This document shows, piece by piece, positions 55,590 through 64,000 of a stretch of 64,000 bases of DNA. The DNA is taken from IMG/VR virus record IMGVR_UViG_3300033067_002502, positions 1-64,000 of that record, one strand, 5' to 3'. Numbering within the stretch: the stretch's first letter is position 1; the number at the start of each line of letters is the position of its first letter. Made by a program: the position numbers and the translations under genes. The notes beneath the pieces are model-generated. The model made no database searches, had not been told where the DNA came from, and saw only the letters and a list, made by a program, of their open reading frames with translations. The DNA comes from a virus. Its lineage: Duplodnaviria > Caudoviricetes.

Positions 55590-57803
55590 ATGCCTGTTGG
55601 CATAAGAATTGTAGATCAGATTAGTCAGCTTTCTGACGTTTCTTTATCCAATTTGCAAAATAACAATATATTAGTATATAATTCTTCTTTAGGTAAATGG
55701 GTTAATTCTAATTTTGTTGGAGAATCTGGAATTTCAGGATATTCAGGAAGTGGTATTTCCGGATATTCTGGATTTAGCGGTATTTCTGGATATAGTGGAT
55801 ATTCAGGAATAAATATATCCATAAAAGGAACTGTTTTAAGTTACGAAGATCTTCCTACTATTTCTCAAAATGGAGATCTTTGGATTGTTCTTGATACTGG
55901 TGATGGGTTTGCTTCAGATGGTATTGGTGGATGGAATAGTGTTGGTCAAATGGGAGTAAGCGGCTATAGTGGATATTCAGGAAGCGGAATATCAGGTTAT
56001 TCTGGCTACTCAGGTTATAGTGGAGAAATTGGAACATCTGGATATTCTGGAATAAACGGAGATATTGGAATTTCTGGAATTTCAGGATATAGTGGATATT
56101 CAGGAAGTGGTATTTCAGGTTATTCTGGATTTAGCGGAATTTCAGGAAGTGGGATTTCTGGATATTCAGGTATTTCTGGTTTTAGTGGTATTTCCGGCTA
56201 TTCAGGTTTTAGTGGTATTTCTGGGTTTTCTGGATTTAGCGGTTATTCAGGAAGTGGTATTTCAGGATATTCAGGATATAGCGGTTATAGTGGAAGTGGT
56301 ATTTCTGGTTTTAGCGGATATTCAGGTATATCTGGTTATTCTGGAAGTAGTTTTTCTTTATTGGATTTAAATGCTTTAAATAACGTATTAAGTACAGGAT
56401 TGCTTGACGGAGGAGATATTAGTATAAATGGATCTGATAATACTAAGTTTGACGTAAGTTCTGGTTTTGGTATTATTGTTGACAATTACACAAACCCCTC
56501 TAGTCCAACAAGAATTTTAGTGCAATGGAATTCTTTTTCAGGTATAACAGATACATACATAGCAACAGCAGATACAACATATGTTGCTGTTGATTCTTCA
56601 GGTTCTGTTTTATTATTTAGTGAAACACTGACAGAATCTCAAAGAAGAGAATATGTTGCTATTGGGTGGCTAGATCATCCTGGTCATTCAATTATAGAAT
56701 ATTCTTATACAGAGCCATTTTATAATACAGACATACAAAGTCAATTAAATGACTTTTTAGAAGCTTTTGGTTCTTTTAATATAACAGGAAATGATTATAG
56801 CGCAAATTCGAATAATCTAACCGTATCAAGAAGCGCAGGAAGAACCTTTGATAATTCTGCGAATTATAAAAACGATAAAAGAAATCCAAATGTCGTAACT
56901 AATTCTATAGAATCTCCTATATCTTTTTCGTATTACTATCAAGACGGGAATGGATCTTGGATAACTGTTGGTTCTCAAACAAATATAGATCCAAATAATT
57001 ACGACGACGGAACTGGTATTTTAAATTCAGTTACTGCTGGAATGTTTACAATACAAACTCTTTTCTTTTATGCACCAACTGAATCTAACGATATTCAGTA
57101 TGGTCAGCAAGAATATGTTAGTTTATCTTCAGCTTTAAGTGCTTTAAAAGATCCTATAGCAATAGATCCATTTAATTCTTATGATACTTTTAGAGGGTGG
57201 CTTATTGTTAAGCAAGGGTGTTCGAATTTGTCAAATACTGCAGAGTCTCTTTTTGTTCCTGCTGGAAAACTTGGAATTGTTGATATTGCTTCTGGAGGAG
57301 GAATTGGAGGAGAAGTTAATACTTCGTCTAATGCAGGATTAACAGGAGTTGGGATATCTCTTCCTAAACAAGGTGTTGATCTTCCTTTTAAAAGTATTAC
57401 TGCTGGTAGTCCTAATATCACAGTAACTAATGATGCTATAAATAGCTCTATAATAATAGACGCATCTCCTGCTATTTCAGGTTATTCAGGTTTTAGTGGA
57501 ATTTCTGGTTTTAGCGGTATTTCAGGATATTCTGGATATAGTGGAGATAGAGGAGATGCAGGTGTTGGTCTTGATGGAGATTCTGGATATTCAGGTATTT
57601 CTGGTTTTAGCGGTATATCTGGGTTTTCAGGATATAGTGGTATTTCTGGATATTCTGGATATTCAGGAAGCGGTATTTCTGGATATAGTGGATATTCAGG
57701 AAGTGGTATTTCTGGTTATTCTGGATTTAGTGGTTATAGCGGGATTGCTGGAGGAGGAGGGGTCTCTTCTTCTTTTGTTATTGCTATGTCTATTGCTTTA
57801 TAG
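55590..57803 (+). CDS. Ser-Gly-X collagen-like fibre protein
   Basis: Three (SGY/SGI/SGF)n blocks around globular domains; LSDVSLSNLQNNNILVYNSSLGKWVN fibre motif. Confidence 0.8.
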   Translation: MPVGIRIVDQISQLSDVSLSNLQNNNILVYNSSLGKWVNSNFVGESGISGYSGSGISGYSGFSGISGYSGYSGINISIKGTVLSYEDLPTISQNGDLWIVLDTGDGFASDGIGGWNSVGQMGVSGYSGYSGSGISGYSGYSGYSGEIGTSGYSGINGDIGISGISGYSGYSGSGISGYSGFSGISGSGISGYSGISGFSGISGYSGFSGISGFSGFSGYSGSGISGYSGYSGYSGSGISGFSGYSGISGYSGSSFSLLDLNALNNVLSTGLLDGGDISINGSDNTKFDVSSGFGIIVDNYTNPSSPTRILVQWNSFSGITDTYIATADTTYVAVDSSGSVLLFSETLTESQRREYVAIGWLDHPGHSIIEYSYTEPFYNTDIQSQLNDFLEAFGSFNITGNDYSANSNNLTVSRSAGRTFDNSANYKNDKRNPNVVTNSIESPISFSYYYQDGNGSWITVGSQTNIDPNNYDDGTGILNSVTAGMFTIQTLFFYAPTESNDIQYGQQEYVSLSSALSALKDPIAIDPFNSYDTFRGWLIVKQGCSNLSNTAESLFVPAGKLGIVDIASGGGIGGEVNTSSNAGLTGVGISLPKQGVDLPFKSITAGSPNITVTNDAINSSIIIDASPAISGYSGFSGISGFSGISGYSGYSGDRGDAGVGLDGDSGYSGISGFSGISGFSGYSGISGYSGYSGSGISGYSGYSGSGISGYSGFSGYSGIAGGGGVSSSFVIAMSIAL

Positions 57804-57813
57804 TGGAGTTTTT

Positions 57814-58413
57814 ATGAAAAGGTTATTAGGAACAGATATTGTTGGTAATTATTCTTTTAGTGCTTCTTCTAAGTCTATAACTCTTAGTGGAATTTCTTAT
57901 ACTATTTCTTTGTCAAATATTTTATTAATTACGAATGTTACTAAAAATACTATTATTTATAATTTTGCAGATTCAAGCAATGGAGCTGTTAGTTTTTCTA
58001 ATAATGTTTTAACTCTTGATTACGATACTACTGCTGCAATGAGCGATAGTGATATTCTTCAAATATATTTAGATCTTGAAAGTTATGAAGAAAGCCTTCA
58101 TGCTTTGTTGAGAAGAATGAATAAATTACTTGAAAGTAATGCAGTTGTCGATTCTTCTCTTAGGCAAAGAATTGCTGTAGAAGTGATGCCAACAACAGCT
58201 GTTACTCTTGCAGCAGCTCCAACAACAGCTGTTACAAATACTACAGGTTTTGGCACAACGTTTATTTCACAGACTCCAGCCCAAGGTATGTATTCTTTAT
58301 CTGTTCCAAACTTGTTAGGAATTTATGAAGGCCCTGTTGATCAAAGATGGAGAATAGTTGACTCAGCTAGAGCTTCTTATGGAACTATTAGATCGAATCT
58401 TATATTTAGTTAA
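57814..58413 (+). CDS. putative virion protein
   Basis: GGAG RBS before MKRLLG; ILLITNVTKNTIIYNFAD. Confidence 0.65.
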   Translation: MKRLLGTDIVGNYSFSASSKSITLSGISYTISLSNILLITNVTKNTIIYNFADSSNGAVSFSNNVLTLDYDTTAAMSDSDILQIYLDLESYEESLHALLRRMNKLLESNAVVDSSLRQRIAVEVMPTTAVTLAAAPTTAVTNTTGFGTTFISQTPAQGMYSLSVPNLLGIYEGPVDQRWRIVDSARASYGTIRSNLIFS

Positions 58414-58431
58414 ATTTTTGGAGAATTATAA

Positions 58432-61275
58432 ATGGCTCTTACGAATAGATTACAACCAATTGTTGATACACCAGTTTTTGAATGGATGAGGTTTGCTCCT
58501 GTTGCAACAATAGCAACGTCTGCTTTATGTGCATCTGATGATACATCTTCTAGATATATGTATTATTTAGTAGGTTCTGCTTTTTATAGATATGACGCTT
58601 ATTCAGATTCTTGGCAATTGTTAGCTTCTCCTAATACAGCTCCAGTAACTACTGTTTCTCTTAAATATAGTAAATACTCAGGATATAGAGGACAAGTTAT
58701 ATCCGCAACAGGAACTACTGTAACTTTAGCGGGGCTTAGAAATGGAATTTTAAAAGATCAAATAATAAGAATTGTTGGAGGAACCGGAGCTGGTCAAGAA
58801 AGAACAATAAGCTCCATAGCAGATGCTGTTATCTCTGATTTTGGAGTTGTTACTTCTGCTGCTGCTGCTTCTATTGGTGATTCAACTAAAAAATGGAGAT
58901 TTAATCAATGGGAAGGCTATCAAGTAAGACTAACTTACAGTACAGGGCAATCTCAAGTTAGAAAAGTTTTATACAACGATACGACAACCTTATATTTTAG
59001 TGATACGAATTATCAACCAATTGATTCTTTTAGCAATACTGGTTTTTCTGCTGTTGCTCCATATGCAGTGCCTATAACAACAGCCGGCTCTCAGACTCAT
59101 TATGTAATTGAATCTTCCGTTGCAACTGTTTCTACGTGGGATACAACACCTGATAATACGTCAAGATTTGTTATTTTGGGAGGAGGTATTTTTCTTTTAT
59201 CATCTGCTGCTGCAACTCCTTTTATTTCTTTCCAATGGTATGATATTTTAGCTGATACGTGGTATACAAAAACAGCAATAGGAGGTCATCTTCTTGCTGC
59301 TTTTGGTACAGACTTTTCAATGGATAGAACTGGAGAGGTTGGTGGATCTTTTGACTCAGGAACATCGTCAGGAGCTGGAACTGCAAGGACTTTAGTTAAT
59401 TCCTCTGCAACAATGACTGTGGATAGGTGGGCTAATTATCAAATAAGAATAACAGGTGGAACAGGAATTGGACAAAGAAGAAGAATAGTCGCCAACAATT
59501 CTACTACTTTTTGGATTGATAGGAATTGGGATACAAACCCAGACATAACTTCTACTTATTCAGTATATGGGGATACTGACAAGATTTGGATGGTTGGAGG
59601 AGGTTTGTCTGTTATGTTTCAATATTCTATTGAAGCAGATCAATGGGTTACAGGGCCTATTTCTGATTCAGGTATTTGTAGAAACGGATCTGCTCAATTA
59701 TACGGAACAACACCAGTTATTCCAGAAGAGGCTTTTCCTATAACATCTATTGTTGGAACAACTACAGGAATATTATCTGTAGCAGTTAATGCTGCTGGTA
59801 CTAACTATGTTGTTGGAGATTTGGTTACATGCTCAACAACAGGAACTTTAGGTACAGCTTTTGTTACTTCTGTTGGAGCCTCAGGAGCTGTTACAGGTTT
59901 GCAATTAGCTGCATCAGGATCTGGTTATTCTGCAGGGTCTTCTGCCACAACCGGTGGCGCAGGATCTGGTCTTACTATAACCATAACAGTAGGAGGAACT
60001 GGTCTTGTTACAACGTCCATAAATCACAGTTTTGTAGCTTTGCAAAACGTAACACTATCTGGAGCTATTACTCAAACTCAATGGAACGGGAATTTTCAAA
60101 TTATAGGAGTTGGTTCTTTAACAACTTTCTCTGTTGCTCAAGGAGGAACAACAACTTCTCCAACATATAATGCTCAATCAACTACTGTTGTTTACGATGC
60201 GTCTTGCAACTGGATAACAAACGAGCATGTAGGAAAAGTCTTATCATTAAATGTTGTTGGAGTTTCTCCAACAACTCAATTAAGAAGAATAACTTCTAAT
60301 ACTTCAAACTCATTAACTGTTGCAACCATTGTAGCAGGAGTTAATGGAACGTCAAGGTATTCTATACAAGGTGTTCAGTGTTTTGGATCAATGCAAACAA
60401 ATAGAATACCTTCAAAATCAAATAGCGGATGGGCTACATCGGGAACTGGAACTACATTAGTTGATTCAACAAAAGCATGGAACAATAATCAGTGGATTAA
60501 CTGTAAAGTTCGAGTTATGTCTGGAACTGGAGTTGGAAACGAATCGGCAATAACATCAAATACAGCAACAACTCTAACTGTTGCTTCTTGGCCTAACGCA
60601 ACTCCTGACACTACCTCTAAATATTTAATACTAGATTCTTTTGGAATAGCTACATCTGGTGCTTTAAATACAATAAACGATACGGCAAAAAATTGGACTA
60701 CAAATATTCTTGCTGGAAAGAGAGTTAGAATTGTTGCAGGTACTCTTACTGGAACAGAGGCTGCAATTACGTCAAATACGGCAACTGCTATTACATCTAC
60801 AGTAGGAACTCCAGATGCAACGAGTGTTTATGTTATTTATGAAAACGCAGTAAGATCTACCGGCATCTCTTTAAATTGGTTGTTTGGATTAAGTGACACT
60901 TCTTTGAAAGGAAAGTGGTTGATATCTTCTAGAGGAGGAGCTTCTAATTGTTTTGATATTTATGATATAACAACAAATAGGTGGGATATTTCTCCAACAA
61001 TTAGTCCTCAGACAGAAACATTAACAACTGGATCTATGTATACATATGACGGAGTTGATACTATTTATTTTACAAGAGATGCAACAGGTAGAGTTTTTGC
61101 ATTGAATTTAGCAACACTTAAAATTGACGCATGTACAACAACTCCTTATGCTCATTCAACAGCAGTTTTGGGCAATAGAATGGAAATTGTTTCAACAGTA
61201 GATAATCTTGAGTATATATACATAATGAGACACGGTGGTCAAGAAATGTGGAGATCTTTAATATTTTGGAATTAA
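58432..61275 (+). CDS. large T/G/S-rich virion protein (beta-propeller-like with repeated modules)
   Basis: Kelch-like YRYDAYSDSW and YDITTNRW; several DSTKxW-x2-NQW...RI-x2-GTG-x-GQ modules. Confidence 0.7.
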   Translation: MALTNRLQPIVDTPVFEWMRFAPVATIATSALCASDDTSSRYMYYLVGSAFYRYDAYSDSWQLLASPNTAPVTTVSLKYSKYSGYRGQVISATGTTVTLAGLRNGILKDQIIRIVGGTGAGQERTISSIADAVISDFGVVTSAAAASIGDSTKKWRFNQWEGYQVRLTYSTGQSQVRKVLYNDTTTLYFSDTNYQPIDSFSNTGFSAVAPYAVPITTAGSQTHYVIESSVATVSTWDTTPDNTSRFVILGGGIFLLSSAAATPFISFQWYDILADTWYTKTAIGGHLLAAFGTDFSMDRTGEVGGSFDSGTSSGAGTARTLVNSSATMTVDRWANYQIRITGGTGIGQRRRIVANNSTTFWIDRNWDTNPDITSTYSVYGDTDKIWMVGGGLSVMFQYSIEADQWVTGPISDSGICRNGSAQLYGTTPVIPEEAFPITSIVGTTTGILSVAVNAAGTNYVVGDLVTCSTTGTLGTAFVTSVGASGAVTGLQLAASGSGYSAGSSATTGGAGSGLTITITVGGTGLVTTSINHSFVALQNVTLSGAITQTQWNGNFQIIGVGSLTTFSVAQGGTTTSPTYNAQSTTVVYDASCNWITNEHVGKVLSLNVVGVSPTTQLRRITSNTSNSLTVATIVAGVNGTSRYSIQGVQCFGSMQTNRIPSKSNSGWATSGTGTTLVDSTKAWNNNQWINCKVRVMSGTGVGNESAITSNTATTLTVASWPNATPDTTSKYLILDSFGIATSGALNTINDTAKNWTTNILAGKRVRIVAGTLTGTEAAITSNTATAITSTVGTPDATSVYVIYENAVRSTGISLNWLFGLSDTSLKGKWLISSRGGASNCFDIYDITTNRWDISPTISPQTETLTTGSMYTYDGVDTIYFTRDATGRVFALNLATLKIDACTTTPYAHSTAVLGNRMEIVSTVDNLEYIYIMRHGGQEMWRSLIFWN

Positions 61276-61292
61276 TTGTTTAGGAAATTATT

Positions 61293-61700
61293 ATGTCATA
61301 TACAGTATCAATATCTTTAATTTTAGGAAGTAGTCAGATTGGATTAGATCTAGTGTGTCAATTATTTGATACATCAGGAACCGATTATGGATCTCCAATT
61401 TCTTCAGGTTTTGCAGAGATTGGTTTGGGTTATTATTTGTGGACCGGAGATGTTCCTTCTGGATTTAGAGGTGGTTTGAAAGTTTATCCAAATGGGTCTA
61501 TTTCAAACATTCTTACTATAGTTGCTATAAATCCAGAAGAAATTGAAAATGTATATCAATTAACTGAAATAGTTACAACATCTCCTAAAGAAATATCAAT
61601 AGAAGTCCCTCATGTTGCAGCAACAGGAACAACAATTGATGTTGTTTCTGGTTCTTCAGAAACTTCTAGGTCTATAGAAATTAAAACAGGAATAAGATAA
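61293..61700 (+). CDS. putative structural protein, Ig-like
   Basis: Similar to the N-terminus of 51290 (GF-x-E-[IV]-G-x-G-[FY]-Y-x-W...FRGG-x-K-x-Y). Confidence 0.6.
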   Translation: MSYTVSISLILGSSQIGLDLVCQLFDTSGTDYGSPISSGFAEIGLGYYLWTGDVPSGFRGGLKVYPNGSISNILTIVAINPEEIENVYQLTEIVTTSPKEISIEVPHVAATGTTIDVVSGSSETSRSIEIKTGIR

Positions 61701-62989
61701 TGAATCAAAGAATATATATAGAGTATAGAGTATCTGGTGTTTTAACTGAAGCATATTCTGTTAGGCTTGCGTCTCAAGATGGTTCATATGGAGTAAAAAC
61801 TAGTTCAGGTTCTGTTGTTGTAAGTAACGGAACTTCTGTTACATCTTCTTCTACTGGAATTTACGAATATAGTCTTTCTGCTACAGATGGAATAGAATAT
61901 ATTGCTTCTTGGGAAATTGTTCCAGAAAACGGAGATCAAGCAGTATTTGCAACACAAACAGCTGGTCCTTTTTCTTCAGTTGCTGTTACTCCAATTCGTT
62001 CAGTGCCAGATGTTAGAGGTAATTTTGTTCAAGGAACTGTTGGTACTCTTTTCTTAAGTTTAACAGACGTTCACGGTAATCCAATTACTGCTGAGTCAAC
62101 TTCTTTAACAATAAGCAAAGATGGAACTGAAATTATATCAGATGTAAGTCCTGATTTTATTAAGGCAGGATTTTACGCTTTTGATTGGAGTATTTCTTCT
62201 GATCTTGAAGTTGGAAATTATTTAGCAACTTGGACTTATACAGCTGATGGTTATACTGGAGCTGAACTTCAAGAAGTTGTTATATCTGAAAGCGGAGATA
62301 CAATTAATTCTGATTTGAATCTTTATGGAGGTAAAATAAGTGCATTAAGGACAGCGTTAAATGAAATGATTTGTTGCGCTCAAAAGATTCCTGTATATCA
62401 CGAACAAGCGTTGCCAGATATTTATAATAAAAAATTTAAATTAACGTTTCCAAGATGGAATCAAGCATACGGAACAAGAGTTTATCGTAACAATAAATTA
62501 GTAGAAGGTTCTTATGAAATTAATTATTTCAAAGGAACAGTTATTTTTGATAACTCTCTTTCTGAATATGATATGGTTCATACTGATTATAATTTTAGAT
62601 GGTTTGATGATCAACAATTAGATAGATTTATGTTCAATGCCTTAGCTATATCTAATTTTTATCCACCTCATACTGGATATAATATAATGAATGTTCCTGA
62701 TACTTACATACCTCTTATTCTTTATGGAGCAGCAAAGGATGCAATAAGAGAATTACTTATGTGTCTTAATTTTCAACAACCTCAACAGGTTTTTGGAGGA
62801 GCTGATGCTGCTCAAAAGGCTTTTTCTAATATGGAAACATTAAAAAAGAATTATGAAGAAGAATTTACAAGGCTTTTAGAACAGAAAAAATTTGGTCCTT
62901 ATCCAAAGACGAGATCTATTGTTACTCCTGAATTTACTCTTCCAGGAGGAAGATCTAGGTGGTTTAACTATATGTTTAAAGGCAGTTAA
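61700..62989 (+). CDS. putative neck/head-tail adaptor with N-terminal Ig-like domains
   Basis: Two beta domains followed by helical RWFDDQQLDRFM...SNFYPPHT...KKF. Confidence 0.55.
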   Translation: MNQRIYIEYRVSGVLTEAYSVRLASQDGSYGVKTSSGSVVVSNGTSVTSSSTGIYEYSLSATDGIEYIASWEIVPENGDQAVFATQTAGPFSSVAVTPIRSVPDVRGNFVQGTVGTLFLSLTDVHGNPITAESTSLTISKDGTEIISDVSPDFIKAGFYAFDWSISSDLEVGNYLATWTYTADGYTGAELQEVVISESGDTINSDLNLYGGKISALRTALNEMICCAQKIPVYHEQALPDIYNKKFKLTFPRWNQAYGTRVYRNNKLVEGSYEINYFKGTVIFDNSLSEYDMVHTDYNFRWFDDQQLDRFMFNALAISNFYPPHTGYNIMNVPDTYIPLILYGAAKDAIRELLMCLNFQQPQQVFGGADAAQKAFSNMETLKKNYEEEFTRLLEQKKFGPYPKTRSIVTPEFTLPGGRSRWFNYMFKGS

Positions 62990-63006
62990 TATAAAAGGAG
63001 TTCTAG

Positions 63007-63309
63007 ATGTCAATTACAGATCCAGAAGTTATAAAGTTTTCTAATGAAAGTGTTCGTCCGTTATGTGAAAAAATAAGAGCGTTAAAGGCAGAAATTCTAT
63101 CTCTTCAAACGCAATGGTATTCTGGAGTAAATCTTAAAGTTCCAAATACCAGTGAAATTCTAGATGATGGACGTAACGCAAGAGAAGGAGTTTCTATTAT
63201 TACTGGAGCTAATATAAACAGTGCTTTATCTGTTTTTATTACAATAGCTTCTTCTATTAATGATGAAATAATATCAATACCTTGTTCAAATCCATTAAGG
63301 ACTCAATAA
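63007..63309 (+). CDS. hypothetical protein
   Basis: AAGGAG RBS. Confidence 0.65.
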   Translation: MSITDPEVIKFSNESVRPLCEKIRALKAEILSLQTQWYSGVNLKVPNTSEILDDGRNAREGVSIITGANINSALSVFITIASSINDEIISIPCSNPLRTQ

Positions 63310-63683
63310 TGAAAATAATAAAATCAAGTTCATTTTTTAAATTTGCAGAAAATAGATTAGATCCTAAAATTAAACAAAAAATTAATCAAGAATTTATTCG
63401 TGCAGGATTAGACGGTAATGGAAGATTTGAAAAGCCAGGTAAAATATTAAATACCATAGCTGGTGTTTTGGGTCGTTTTGGTTTTGAAATTACAGATACT
63501 CAAGATCTTTATTCTTTTCCAGAAAATAGAAAAGAAAATATTAATAAATCATTAAGAATAAACCTTTCAGCCCCTCAAGAAAGTCCAATGTCTCCAGGAC
63601 CAGAGGTTTCAGATAGTCAAGTTTATGTGAGTTATCAAATGCTAGAACCATATAAGTATGAGGCTGTTGTGTATATGACTTAA
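63309..63683 (+). CDS. hypothetical, putative head-targeted protein
   Basis: TAATG overlap; starts MKIIKSSSFFKFAE. Confidence 0.6.
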   Translation: MKIIKSSSFFKFAENRLDPKIKQKINQEFIRAGLDGNGRFEKPGKILNTIAGVLGRFGFEITDTQDLYSFPENRKENINKSLRINLSAPQESPMSPGPEVSDSQVYVSYQMLEPYKYEAVVYMT

Positions 63684-63702
63684 AATTGCCGACAATATAC
63701 AT

Positions 63703-64000
63703 ATGGAAAAAAATCAACCAACATCTAATGAAATGCTCGCAAAGCTTAAAAAGCTAGGATTAGAAAATGAAGTAGAATTTATTTTTATACCTTCTGTTGA
63801 GCTAAAAAATAGAATTATTAGAGGAGGAGATTCTATTATTGACAAACTCCCTCCTTTGGCAAGAAAAGTTTTTTTAGAATTACCAGAAGGTAAAGGTATT
63901 GCGTTATACTTTCCTACAGTTTTAAAATATATAGACAAAACCTTAGATAGAAATAATTCTTATATATTTGATCTTGGAGAGATAAGAGTTCGCAATGAAA
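63703..64000 (+). CDS. hypothetical protein, truncated by the window end
   Basis: MEKNQPTSNEMLAKLKKLGLE... is open to the window end; GCCGACAA at 63688. Absent from the ORF track. Confidence 0.6.
   Translation, partial: MEKNQPTSNEMLAKLKKLGLENEVEFIFIPSVELKNRIIRGGDSIIDKLPPLARKVFLELPEGKGIALYFPTVLKYIDKTLDRNNSYIFDLGEIRVRNE

Noticed and set aside
1-64000. Stop-codon reassignment, as in some large phages
   Set aside because: Genes are full length in code 11, and TAG and TGA both end genes at sensible positions with tight overlaps.
1-64000. tRNA or rRNA genes
   Set aside because: Intergenic gaps are short and no cloverleaf or T-loop pattern was seen by eye; tRNAscan was not run.

Overview
This AT-rich, densely coding 64 kb window reads as part of a large (jumbo-type) tailed dsDNA bacteriophage using the standard genetic code. 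The first ~15 kb holds metabolic and regulatory genes: peptide deformylase, ThyX, DEDDh exonuclease, GH24 lysozyme, FliA/WhiG-type sigma factor, macrodomain, HNH, two Maf/DUF115-like paralogues, AAA ATPase, class II RNR and dUTPase. From ~15 to 45 kb is a head module: a terminase carrying two back-to-back inteins, about 14 mostly unknown proteins, an intein-bearing portal fused to a DUF559-like nuclease, a 1992-aa protease/scaffold polyprotein, a decoration protein and a small HK97/encapsulin-like major capsid protein. From ~45 to 64 kb, glycosyltransferases (one with an intein), an FkbM methyltransferase and a subtilase are interleaved with Ser-Gly collagen-like and fibre genes. Four signals stand out. 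(1) A recurring K-x-A-[QS] / [FY]NL-x-K-x-A motif at domain boundaries suggests a protease-tagged head-cargo system that includes a 2H phosphoesterase, a lysozyme, a nucleotidyltransferase and a WYL domain. (2) The two terminase inteins have no extein between them. (3) Two aligned promoter motifs (CGATA and AGG-N18-GAA) recur, several apparently producing leaderless mRNAs. (4) There is a probable virion-glycosylation cluster. All family calls come from motif recognition by eye; no database search was run.
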